Source: an uncultured delta proteobacterium (GTDB lineage Bacteria > Myxococcota > Myxococcia > Myxococcales > Anaeromyxobacteraceae). Taken from it: a DNA stretch of 64,000 bases. Below the pieces are notes generated by a model, which worked only from the letters and a program-made list of their open reading frames with translations, had not been told where the DNA came from and ran no database searches. The stretch covers positions 288,001 to 352,000 of the forward strand of contig CAWJSR010000029.1 of assembly GCA_963845515.1 (NCBI GenBank). The letters are read 5' to 3'. Of this stretch, positions 20,330-31,193 are shown in pieces. How positions within the stretch are numbered: position 1 is the first letter of the stretch; the number at the start of each line of letters is the position of its first letter. The translations under genes and the position numbers were made by a program.

Positions 20330-20869
20330 ATGGCCGTCGACCAGAGGAACCTCGGCCGCAGCTACGGTCCCTACCGCTTCACGGTCGGGCTGGAGCACGT
20401 CCGCGACTTCGTCGCCGCCACGGGCATGGGCGTCCCCGGGCGCGTCTTCCGCTCGCCGCCCCGGGAGGCCCACCCGTGGACCTGGGACGAGCAGGCCGCG
20501 GTCGCCTCGCCCTACGGCGGGCTCGTCGCGCCGCCGTCCTTCGCGGCCATCTTCGCGATCGAGCCCTTCAGCGCGGCCTGCACCGACCCGGCGCTCGGGA
20601 TCGACGTCGTCCGGCTCGTCCACGGCGAGCAGGAGTTCGAGTGGCTCGGCCCCGTCCGGCCCGGCGACGTCCTGGCGACGACGGGCGAGATCACGGCGAT
20701 CCGCACGAAGGGGCCGCTCGACTTCGTCGAGGTGACGACGACGAGCGTGAACCAGCGAGGCGAGACGGTGGTCCGCGGGGTCTGGACGGCGGTGATCCGC
20801 AACGGCGGGGCGCTGGGCCTGCTGCTCGCGGCGCGGCGCCTCCTCGGGACGGGGCGCCAGCAGGGCTGA
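20330..20869 (+). CDS. MaoC-like (FAS1-type N-terminal) hot-dog dehydratase subunit
   Basis: GGLVAPPSF, LVHGEQEFEW..PVRPGDVL, NQRGETV. Confidence 0.85.
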   Translation: MAVDQRNLGRSYGPYRFTVGLEHVRDFVAATGMGVPGRVFRSPPREAHPWTWDEQAAVASPYGGLVAPPSFAAIFAIEPFSAACTDPALGIDVVRLVHGEQEFEWLGPVRPGDVLATTGEITAIRTKGPLDFVEVTTTSVNQRGETVVRGVWTAVIRNGGALGLLLAARRLLGTGRQQG

Positions 20870-20876
20870 GGGCGCC

Positions 20877-22464
20877 TCAGGTCGCCCCCAGCCGCGCGGC
20901 GCTCGCGCCGCGACTCACGACCGGCCCGACCTCGCTCGGCGAGGCCGTCCGCTCGCGCAGCCTCCGGCGGAAGCGCAGGTGGCGCCACCGGGTCAGCTCC
21001 ACGAGCGGCCGCCAGACCCGCCGCGTGAGCCGGTGCCGGATCAGGAAGTGCCAGAGCCAGTTGGAGCGCTTGTAGAGGTAGGCCATGGCCAGGTACGGCA
21101 GCACGGCGCGCGGATCGGCCGGGCGGCGGCGCCAGATCGAGGCGTGAGAGAAGAGCCGCTCGTAGGTCCAGCGATACCCCTGCTCCAGCTCGCCCGGGCT
21201 CATGTGGCGCGGCGTGAAGACCGCGTGGGCCGTGTCGTAGCGGCTCCAGCGCCTGTGCAGCAGCCTCCCCTCCGCGTCGAGCTGCGCGAAGAGGGGCGTG
21301 CCCGGGTAGGGCGTGAGGACGTGGAAGGTCGCGCACTCGAGCCGGTTGGCCTCGATCCACTCCACCGTCCTCGCGAAGACGTCCCGCCGATCGCCGTCGA
21401 ACCCGAAGACGAAGCTGCCGTTCACCTGGATGCCGCACTCGTGGAAGAGCGCGACCCGGCGCGCGTAGTCGGCCGCGCGCGGGGTCCGCTTGCCGGTGGC
21501 TTCGAGGCTCTCCTCGCAGACCGACTCGAAGCCGATGAAGACGCCCGTGCAGCCAGAGAGCGCCATGGCCCGCACGAGCGACGGATCGTCGGTGACGTCG
21601 ATGCAGACCGCCGCGCTCCAGACGATGTCCAGCGGCTCGAGCGCCGCGCAGAGCGCGCGGAGATACTCCTTGTCCGCGCCCAGGTTGTTGTCGGTGAAGA
21701 CCGCGTAGGGCTCGCGGCTGTCCCGGAGCTCCTGCGCGATCCGCTCGACCGGCCGCACGCGGTAGGGCATGCGCACGCCGCGCGTCGACAGGTAGCAGAA
21801 CCGGCACCGGTTGGTGCAGCCGCGGGTCGCGTTGACGCTCGCGACGGTCAGGAAGCTCTCCGCCGGGACGATCGCGCGCAGCGGCGGCGGATCGTCGCCG
21901 CAGTCGCGGTCGTAGCCTTCGCGATAGACCGGCCAGAGCGCGCCGCGCTCCACGTCGGCCAGGATGCTCGGCCAGGTCCTGACGCCATCTCCGATCGCGA
22001 TGGCGTCCGCGTGCCGGATCGCCTCCTCAGGGCAGGCCGTCACGTGCAGCCCGCCCAACACCACCTTCGCCCCCATCTGCCGGTACCAGGCCGCCAGCTC
22101 GTACGCCCGCTCGGCGAAGGTCAGGTGGACGGTGATCCCGACGACCTCGGGGACCGGGTCGCACGGTGGGGCACCCTGGAGGAGGTTCTCGTCGAAGTAG
22201 GCGACGCGCCACCCAGGCGGCGTCGTGGCCGCGACGCTGGAGAGGGCCAGCGTCGGCGTGAGCACGTGCTTGCCGGCGGAGGAGTGCGGCTCCTTCGGGT
22301 AGAAGGGGTTGACGAGGAGCGCTGAGCCGTCTGTCCACCGGCCGGCCGGCGACGGGCGGCGGCAGGAGAGGCGCCTCGCGCATGGCCCGCGGCAGGCTGC
22401 GGCGTTCGCGCCGATCGTTCGCGATGAAGTCGAGGACGCGCCTGGCCTTGCTCCGCTTCCACAT
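20877..22464 (-). CDS. B12-binding radical SAM protein (apparent frameshift near 22325)
   Basis: LLVNP...VVLGGLH B12 domain, TRGCTNRCRFC, FIGFES, LTPYPGTPL; ATG 22464 with GGAG RBS lies in a different frame from the body. Confidence 0.85.
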
Positions 22465-22614
22465 GGTCTCTCCTCCGGCTGAGCGTCAGCGGGAGGAGCC
22501 ATATCGAGCCGCGGTGACGGCCACTGGGAGAGGCCGCGGCGGAGCGGTGGAGACTTCGTGCAGGGCTGGTGCAGGACGCCTCTAGCGCGGCGTGCCGCCG
22601 CCAGGAGTGGCCGG

Positions 22615-23678
22615 CTAGGGCTCCCCGCAGAGCGTCGTGCACTGTCCAGTCCCGCTGGTGTCGCACACGTCGGTCGGCGCGCACTGCGACTGCAGCGAGC
22701 AGGCGCCGCCCGGCGCCAGCCAGGCCGTGCAAACGTTCCCGCTCACGCGCGACGCACACGTCCCGCCGATGCAGGGGACGTGCTCCCCGTTGACGGCGGC
22801 ACAGGACCAGCTCGGCTTCGCGCCGTCGATGCAGGTGCCGCCCACTCCGCACCAGAGCCCTGGGCCGCAGCCGTTCTCGCCCTGCGTGCACGCCTCACCC
22901 GCCGCGCGCCACGGGACGCAGGTGGAGCCCGCGCACCGGTACCCGATCGCGCACTCGCCGTCGCCGTAGCAGCTCCCTGAGGTCTTTCGCGCGTGGCACA
23001 CGGCTTCGTAGAAGGTGATCGTTCGCAGAAGAGGCCGGCGGCGCACCAGCTGTCGTTCATGCACCTGCCGTCGAGCGGTGACAGCGGCGCGCACGCGGGC
23101 GTCGCCAGCAGGACGTTGCAGGCGGTCCCCACGGCGCACGGCCGGAACGTATCGCATGGCGATCCCGCCGGGATCGGAGTCACGCAGGAGCCGGGGCAGG
23201 CGTTCGGTGGCCCGACGCAGACGCCCGACGCGCAGCTCTCGTTCGAGTAGCAGGTCTCTCCGTCGCGCGAGTTTGCCGGCGATGGCCGCCTCGCAGTCTG
23301 CCTGCGAGTACGTGCCATACATGAACGCGTGCAGGACGTCGCAGCTCGCCGTCTCGATGAACGAGAGGCAGGCGCCGGCGCGCGACGGGCGTAGGTGGCG
23401 CGTCCCGGCCGTGACCGCCTGGATGCGATCGGCGCAGCGCGCCGCCGGACGCGTAGACCGCCGCCGCCTGCGCTGCAGAGCCGTGCTCGCAAGCGGCCCA
23501 GCGCGCTGCGTACGCGCCCCAGTACTGATCGCAGTACTCGGTCACGGTCGCAGGACCCGATCGCCCCCAGGGGCCATCGGACCCCTGGGTCGTTCGTGCC
23601 GTCCGTACCGCCGCCCGAGGACGAGCAGGCGTACGCGAACATCAGAATGGAAAGCGCCGCACGAATCGTGGTCATCAT
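22615..23678 (-). CDS. Cys-rich lipoprotein, paralog-like to 15954-17273 (several frameshifts)
   Basis: Lipobox AYAC, then Cys-repeat segments split among three frames (GETCYSNESCASGVC...CPGSC, GEACTQGENGCGPGLWC). Confidence 0.65.
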
Positions 23679-26600
23679 TCACTCCTCGTCACTGAGAAGA
23701 CGAGATCGTCGCGATCGTCGAGCTCACCCGCGCTGCACCCGCCGCTCTCGGCCCCGGCGTGGCGCAGCTGGACCCGGACCGCCTGCAGCGCCCCCGTGCG
23801 GAGGGCGGTGTCGACGCCGAGCACCTGCGGGCCCGCACGCGTCGGCGTGAGCGTGTCGACGAGCTCCCAGGCCGGCGACAAGGCGTTCGGCGCCACGTAC
23901 ACGTCGAGCCGGTCGGTCGCGTAGCTCGCCGTCGCCCAGACCTTCGCCTCGATCCGGACCGCGCCAAGCTCCTTGAGACCCGCCACCGGGTCGATCGCCC
24001 GGACCGCGATGACGTCCGACGACTCGTCGAGGTGGAAGTAGCCGGACGCGCCGTCCGCGCAGCTCGCGCCGATGGTGTTGGGAGCCGAGGGCTCCGGGCC
24101 GAGCGGACCGCGCCCCACCACGAGCCCTCCCGTCCAGCAGCGCGCGCCCGGCAGGGCGCACTTCGGCGCCTTCAGCTTCTTGTCGAAGGACGCGAGGCCG
24201 GTTCGAGCGACGTGCACGGTCACCGCTGCGCTGTCTCCGACGTTCTCGCCGGCGTCGTAGGCGCGCGCGACGAAGCGGTAGTCCCCGCCGTCCACGAGCC
24301 CGGCGACGCTCGTCGAGAACGCCCAGGGCGCCAGGTCGTCGGTCGCGACGAGGGTCTCGAGCCCCGCCGCGTCGAGCCGGACCAGCTCCACCCTGGTCAC
24401 GCCGACGTCGTCGGACGCGGTCACCTGGACGGTCACCGCGCCAGCCAGCGTCTCGTCGTGCACGGGCGTGGTGATGGCGCAGGCGGGTCGACGACGTCCT
24501 CGACGACCACGGGTACCGCCGCGCTCACCGTGGAGTTGCCCTCGTAGTCGAACGCGACCGCGCTCAGCTCGTAGGTCCCGGGAGCCAGACCGTCGGGGCT
24601 CCAGGTCGCGAGGAAGGGCGCCAGGTCGTCGAGGCCGAACTGAACGGGATCGCCCATGGGGACGTCGTCGACGCGGAACTCGACGTGGCCACGCCCACGT
24701 CATCGCTCACCGCGGCGGAGACGTCGATCGGCCCGCGAACTCCGGCGTTGGCCTCCGGCGACGAGATCGTCACGGTCGGCGACGTCGTGTCCGGCGTCCC
24801 CGGCAACGTCGCGATCACCACGTCGTCCCGATCGTCGTAGCCGGTCGCGCCGCACGCCTCCGCAGCACCGCCCCCGCGGAGCGCTACGCGGACCACCTGG
24901 CGGCCGGAGTACGCTAGCGGCACGTTCGCCGAGAGGGTCTGCTCGCCGCCTACCGTCGGGACCACGGTCGCCAGCCGGACGAACTCGGGCGCAGCGGGAT
25001 CGGCCGCGACGTAGACGTCGAGCCGGTCGTAGGCCGGGTCCGCCACGTAGGCCCGGACCTCGACCCGCGCGAGCTTCCCGCCGGTGAGCGCGGCGCCGTC
25101 GAGCGAGGAGATCGCGACGTGCTCGATCGACTCGTCGGCCTCGTAGGTGCCCTCCGTTCCGTCGGGGCAGCCGTCGACGGTGTTGGAGGCGTTCGTCTCC
25201 GGGCCCAGCGGCCCGCGCCCCATGAGAGGATCCCGGTGTGGCAGACTGAGGAGACCATGTCGCAGGCAGGGGCGCCAGCCACGGGATCGTACGAGGCGCC
25301 CGGGATTCAGCACGTTGATGTACACGGGCGTGCTGACCGCGGTGTTGCCAGCGGCGTCGTACGCCCTGCTCGTCAGCACGTGGTCGCCGTTCGCCACGGT
25401 CGTCGTGTCGAGCATCGCCTCGAAGGGGGAGGCCGTGAGCGTGGCGAACGGAGCGTCGTCGACGAGCAGCTCGACCCTCGCCAGCGCGCCGCCCGGATCG
25501 GCAGCGTCTGCCGACACGCGGATCGCGCCTGCGACCATCGTGAGCCCCGAGACCGGCGCGACCAGCGCGGTGGTCGGCGGCGTGACGTCGCCGATCGCGA
25601 CCCAGAGCGGGGGCAGCGCCGGCCACTTCGTTTCGGCGACGTTCCCAGCGAAGTCGTACGCCCTGGCGTAGAGCCACCACCAGCCAGGCGGGACGGTATT
25701 GCTGGACAGCTCGAGCTCCCAGGGGCTGGCGGTGACCTCGCCCACCTTCATCGTGAAGGTCGTGAACGGCCTCTGGAGCCAGAACTCGACGCGCTGCACC
25801 TCGCTGTGACGTCCGAGGCGGACGCGGCCAGCACGACCTCTCCGCTGAGGCACGCGTACGGCGCCGGCGCCGTGACTGCAACGGTCGGCGCGACGAGGTG
25901 ATTGCGCCTCACCGTTACGCTGCCGGTCCCGACGTTGCCCACGTCGTCGTAGGCGCTGGCCGAGAAGACGTAGCTGCCGTTGGGGGAGCGCGAGAAGTCG
26001 TACGGGATCTCCCACGGACCGCCCGTGTTCGTCCCGAGGAGCACGCCGTCCAGGAAGAACTCAACCTTCTTGATGCCGCTGTCGTCGCTTGGGTCCACGC
26101 GTGAACGTGACGTCGCTCGGGCACGGTCGCCCCTTCGCTGGGCGCGACCACCATCACGTCCGGGGGCCGTCACGTCGTTCACCTGTACGGTCACCGGCGG
26201 CGACTCGGCCACGTTCCCCTGGAGGTCGGTCCCGCGCACGCTCAGCAGGTAGGTGCCGTTGGCCGGAGCCCGCAGCTCGAAGGCCCATGGGGCTGCGACG
26301 TCGCGTCCCCTGGAAGATGCCGTCGACCAGCAGGTCGAGCTTCTTCACCGCGCCTGCGTCGGCCGCGCTCGCCTCCACGCGGATCAGGTTGGACGTCAGG
26401 ACCGCCCCGTCGGGCGGCGAAAGGACCGCCAGCGTCGGCCCGGCGAGGTCGGCCAGCGTGACCGCCACTTCGTCCGCCGCCGTGTTGCCGGCGCCATCGT
26501 GCGCGACCGCTCGCAGCACGTACTGGCCGTTGGGTAGGAGCGCCCCATTCCACTCGCACCGCGTAAGGCGCGGCGGTGAGCTGGGCGATCGAGTAGGTCT

Positions 26601-28811
26601 TGCCCTTCCAGTCGGCGGCCGTCACCATCACCTTCGACACGAGCCGATCGTCTCCAGCAGCCGACCTCCAGGGTGGTGACCGCCGCGAGGACGGCGCCGT
26701 CCCCGGGAGCGACGATCTCGACCGTCGGAGGCACGGCGTCGGGCGTCCGCAGCAGCGACCTCGAAGGCGAGATCGTCGCGGTCGTCGAAGCCCCCGCCAG
26801 TGCACGTCGCCGCCGCCCCTCCGTACCGGAAGGCGGCGCGTACCGCCTGCGGCGAGCCCTCGGCGAGCGTGAACGGCGCCGAGAGCGTCTGCGCGCCGGA
26901 GGCCGCTGGGGTGAGCGTGATCACGTGGCGCCACGACGTCGGGCTGTCGGAGGGTGACACGTAGATGTCGAGGAAGTCCCCGAGGTCGGCGCCGACGAAG
27001 ACGTCCACGTCGATCCGCGCGCCACCGCCAGTCGCCAGGGACTGGCCATCGAGAGACGTGATCCTGATGCGCTCGATCGATTCGTCGACGAGGTACTGCC
27101 CGATCTCGCCGTCGTGGCAGACGCAGCCGGCCGGATCGGTGTCGCACGGATCGCGGAGCGCGCTCGGCGCGTGCCGCTCCGGGCCGAGGCTCGCGCGCCC
27201 CCTCACGAGGTCGCGCGAGTCGCAGGACGCCGCCAGCGTCTCGCAGCGCGCCACCCCGAGCGCGCCGTCCAGGTGGGCGATGCCCGGGTTGCCCACCGTG
27301 ACCGTGATCGCCCGCGAGTCGGTCGCGTTCCCGGCCGAGTCGTAGGCCCTGGCCACCAGGGTGTGGGAGCCGTCGAGGGCCGTCGTCGTGTCCCACGGGA
27401 TGTCGAACGACGCCGCTGCGCTGCTGCCTCGCCAGCGTCCGTCCACGAGCAGCTCGACCCGCGTCAGGCCGTAGTCGTCGGCCGCCGCCCCGATCACCCT
27501 CACCGAGCCCGTCAGCGCGTCGCCTCCGGAGGGAGCGTAGATCGAGATCGTGGGAGGGACGTCGTCCTGCTCCGGCGTGAACTCCACTCCCCGCGTGTAG
27601 ACGAGCCGATCCGGCGTGAAGCCGGCCGCGCCAGCCGGCGCGCGGGTCGCGCGCGCGATCAGCCTGCGCTCGACCTCCTGCGGAGAGGTGTCGGGGTTCG
27701 GGAGAGGCAGCAGCGCGACGGCGCCCGTGACGTGCGGCGCCGCCATCGAGGTGCCCGAGAGCGGCAGATCCGCGACGACGGTCGAGCTCCACGCCGACAC
27801 GATCCCCGTCCCAGGCGCGACGAAGTCGACGCAGTCGCCAACGTTGGAGAACGGCGCGAGCACGTCGAGTGGAGGATCCCCGACCACGGCCGGCGCGGCT
27901 TGCTGCGAGGCTGCGACTGCGAGCGCGCCTGGAGCCCGCGCGGGGGAGACGTCGCAGGCATCCCTTCCGCCGTCGCCTGCCGCCGTGACGACCACGATCC
28001 CGTGCGCAGTCGCCGCCTCCACGGCCGCGTCCATCGCGACCGACGGGCCGGAGAAGAGGCTGAGGTTCGCCACCGAGGGGCCGTCGTGGTTCGCGATCAC
28101 CCAGTCGAGCCCCGAGACGACGCTGGACACGCTGCCGTTACCGCTGCAATCGAGCACGCGCACCGAGCGGACCCTGACGCGCTTCGCGACGCCGTAGATG
28201 CCGCCGCCGATTGTCCCCGCGACGTGGGTGCCGTGCCCGCTGCAGTCCCCCGTGACGCCCTCGCCCAGGGCGTCGTACGCGAAGGACGCACGCCCGCCGA
28301 AGTCGAGGTGGGCCGTGTGGACGCCGGTGTCGAGCACGAACACGTCGACGCCCTGCCCCGCCCACAGGTCGTCCCATCCGTACCGGTCGTCGAGCGTCGC
28401 CCCGTGCTGGTCGACGCGGTCCAGCCCCCAGGTCGGCCCGTACTGCCAGCCTACAGCGGCCGCCCGTGCGCTGCCGTCCTGCTCGACACGCTCCACCCGA
28501 GCGTCGAGCGCGACGGCGCCCGCGGCGGCGAGGCTCGCGCGCATCGAGAAGCCGCGCAGCGCGTGCCGGTAGACGCTCCAGGACCGTAGCGCCATGCTCC
28601 TGTGCGACGCTGCCCGCGACGGCGGCGGGATCCGCCGCTGCGCCCTCGGAGGACGCGAGGACCACGAGATAGCGATCCGGGATGGGCTGCTCGGCGCGGA
28701 CGATCCGCTCCGCTCCGGAAGGCGCGGACACGGAGGGCTTCCCCCGCCCGAGCAGCCGGCGGCGGCGAGCACGAACGCGGCGATGAGACCCGTAGTGCAA
28801 CGCATGGACAT
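23675..28811 (-). CDS. Large lipoprotein S8 subtilase with I9-like propeptide, multiple Ig-like repeats and three copies of a Cys-containing domain (several frameshifts)
   Basis: Lipobox AAGC; WGLDRVDQ, VLDTG, HGTHVAG, GTSMAAPHV triad; repeated D..PPT...A.A.DD.GV.RVE...ARAYD.AGN Ig units across fragments. Confidence 0.8.
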
Positions 28812-28891
28812 GTCCTCTCCTCCAGGGCAGGCCGGTTGGCCGGGGCCCTACGCTTACCCGTCAGCCATTGGCGCCCCTCGGCGCCCCTGAG

Positions 28892-29860
28892 CTACATCCC
28901 GGCGATGGCCTTCTCGTCGACCTTCATGCCGGCGTCCGTGACCGCAGAGTCCACGACTTCCTTGCGTCCCTTGGATCGTCGCTCCGACGTAAGGCGCTGC
29001 CGGAGCAGCTCCTTCACGTCGTCGAACGACGGCCGCTGCTCCCGCTCGCGGGCGACCAGCTTCACGACGTGCAGCGCGCCCGCCGACTCGACGACGCGGG
29101 GCAGGATCGCCCCGGCGTCGGTCAGCTCGAAGGCCGCGGCTGCCAGCTCTGGCCCGTAGGCCGACGCCAACTCCTCCCGGTCCATCGGCGGCAGCTCCCC
29201 GTTGAGGGCCCGGCTGCGCGGGTCCTCGGAGCGGAGCCGCGCGAGGTTCCCGAACGCCTGCTGATCCATCGGACGCTGCTGGGCCGCCCCGAGGGCGGCC
29301 TGGGCCGCGCCCAGCTTCTTCGACCGCGCGGCGGCGTCCGGCGCGTCGAACGTGATGATCGCGAGCCGGACCTGCTCGGGCCGCTGCAGCTCCTTCTCGT
29401 GCTCGGTGAACCAGGCGCGCAGCTCGTCGTCGGTCGGCTTCCGACCAGCGGCCGACGCCTCCAGCTCCTTCTCGACGAAGGCGGTCGACAGCTCCTGTGC
29501 GTACCGCTGCGCGAACTCCTGACTGCGGTGGAAGCCCTTCGACTCGGCGCGCCGGGCGAGCAGGAGCGTGCGCGTCCAGCCCTCGACGAACTCCTTCCGC
29601 GCCGCGGGGTCCGCGAGCCGCGCCCGGAGCGGGCCGTCCTTCGGCCCAGCGAGCGCCTCGATCTCGCCGGCGGTCACCTTCTCGCCGTCGAACCGCGCGA
29701 GGACGGTGCCGTGGGACGTGCGCCCGTCGAGCGGGCTCCCCCCTTCGCCGGCGTGGCCGATGAAGTATCCCGCGACACCGGCGATTGCAGCCGCGATGAC
29801 CGCGGTGACCAGTGGGCGCTTGGACTTCGTGGGCCCTGCGAGAGTCTCTCTGTCGCTCAC
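28892..29860 (-). CDS. PpiC-type (parvulin) peptidyl-prolyl isomerase / PrsA-like foldase
   Basis: N-terminal TM anchor, F..LAR..SED..S...NGEL, AAAFEL, HVVKL parvulin motifs. Confidence 0.85.
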   Translation of the reverse strand: MSDRETLAGPTKSKRPLVTAVIAAAIAGVAGYFIGHAGEGGSPLDGRTSHGTVLARFDGEKVTAGEIEALAGPKDGPLRARLADPAARKEFVEGWTRTLLLARRAESKGFHRSQEFAQRYAQELSTAFVEKELEASAAGRKPTDDELRAWFTEHEKELQRPEQVRLAIITFDAPDAAARSKKLGAAQAALGAAQQRPMDQQAFGNLARLRSEDPRSRALNGELPPMDREELASAYGPELAAAAFELTDAGAILPRVVESAGALHVVKLVAREREQRPSFDDVKELLRQRLTSERRSKGRKEVVDSAVTDAGMKVDEKAIAGM

Positions 29861-29902
29861 TAGATCACCTTTTCCTTGGAAAGCCCCATGCGGCGGGTGC
29901 CC

Positions 29903-30259
29903 TCACTCCCCTTGGAGCGCAGCATGAGCCTCCGCAAGTTCGTCAAACTCCACACGCTGGCGCCGAACCATCGTCTCGAGGTTCCTTCCGCATTGAGGGC
30001 AATACTCCATGGGCACTCTCATGAGCGTGTGGAGCGGCGCGAGGCGTCCACATTCATCATGGAACAACGGTTCGACAGCCCCCTTGAGCGGCTCCGACTC
30101 CATTAGCAACCCCCAATTGCGCGCCTGGCCTCGGGTGAGCGGGCGTGCCTGGAGAAAGAACTGCCGCACGTCACCGTCTCGGAATGCCACGACACATATG
30201 CCGGATTCACCGGCATTCAGCAGCATTCGCTCCATCCATACGCAGCATGCCTCGATCAT
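29903..30259 (-). CDS. Small Cys-motif protein, putative orphan immunity protein
   Basis: CCxxM near N-terminus and YCPQCG near C-terminus; lower-GC codon usage; start could extend to 30376. Confidence 0.55.
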   Translation of the reverse strand: MIEACCVWMERMLLNAGESGICVVAFRDGDVRQFFLQARPLTRGQARNWGLLMESEPLKGAVEPLFHDECGRLAPLHTLMRVPMEYCPQCGRNLETMVRRQRVEFDELAEAHAALQGE

Positions 30260-30373
30260 TTTGGTGCGGGTCGTGATCTGGCGGATCGTGTCGTTCATCG
30301 TGTCCGCTAGGCGCTTCCTGACCTGTCCCTTCTCTTTGCTGGCCTCAATCCCTCCGCTGATACGAGCCCCGAG

Positions 30374-30544
30374 CATTGCCGCGGCTGCCGCTCGGAGTCG
30401 TGATCTGGAGGTTCGGCGCGATCATTCGGTCCAATCTGGGCTTCTCAGCCCCCTACCTGCTGCCTCTCCTTGTCCCCGTCCTTCCTATCGGTTGCTTCCC
30501 TTCACTTCGGCGGTCGGATCACCTTCGGACGGGGGCTTTGAGCC
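30374..30544. repeat. Structured direct repeat, copy 1
   Basis: Near-identical to 32162-32352 (few substitutions, one 5-nt indel, fewer GGCTT units). Confidence 0.92.
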
Positions 30545-30976
30545 CCGACGGCGCCTCAGGAACCAGAGGCTGAATCCCCATCCGGAACCAGCAAGGACAA
30601 TCCACATGTCAGCTGTCACCGGCCTGTCGCGGATGCTCCGAGCCGTCAGCAGGACGGCTGCCATGAGCACCCATCCAAACAGAAAGAAGATCCAAGACGT
30701 GCGGGAGCGACCATCAATCATCCGCCTTCGCATCGCCCAGAACACGAGGAGCGTCGCGAGAGCCAACGCAAGCGTCGCGCCCCAGACCACCAGGACCCGG
30801 TGAAACTCATAGTTGACAGAAAAGACCGGTGCGCCTTCCTCGATGAGTCGCACCGCCACCGCGACGGCCCGAGCGTGGGTCAAACCCCACCAGAGCATGC
30901 AAACGGAGGCCGCGACCCCCTCCACGTACCAATGAAGGGAGTCGCCCGGGAAGTACTCGCGTTTCCGTCCTCTCAT
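30485..30976 (-). CDS. Hypothetical multi-pass membrane protein
   Basis: About four hydrophobic segments, GGAG RBS before ATG 30976; last ~18 codons and stop lie inside repeat copy 1. Confidence 0.6.
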   Translation of the reverse strand: MRGRKREYFPGDSLHWYVEGVAASVCMLWWGLTHARAVAVAVRLIEEGAPVFSVNYEFHRVLVVWGATLALALATLLVFWAMRRRMIDGRSRTSWIFFLFGWVLMAAVLLTARSIRDRPVTADMWIVLAGSGWGFSLWFLRRRRGSKPPSEGDPTAEVKGSNR

Positions 30977-31164
30977 GGTGACTCCAGGCTCATCGCAGCC
31001 GAGCGAGCCCACAGAGAAGCGCAACGACCCGGCCCACCGCGCTCACCTCGCAGGCACGTCGTGTAGCGTGTCGAGCCCCGCCCGAGAGGCCCGTCGCGCG
31101 GACCACCGTCCGTGGCGCGTATCGATCGTGAGTCGTGGTTTCAGGGATTTCGCGATGTTCCGCA

Positions 31165-31180
31165 GGGCACGTCGCTTGCC
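31165..31180 (+). promoter_or_regulatory. Sigma-54-like -24/-12 element upstream of transposase
   Basis: GGGCACGTCGCTTGCC matches GGCACG-N4-TTGC, 13 bp before ATG 31194. Confidence 0.5.
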
Positions 31181-31193
31181 ACACCGCTCCGGA

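Noticed and set aside
30270..30281. 12-bp match (GTCGTGATCTGG) to the inside of the long repeat, considered as a guide/target pair
   Set aside because: A single short match without supporting structure; cannot be separated from chance by eye
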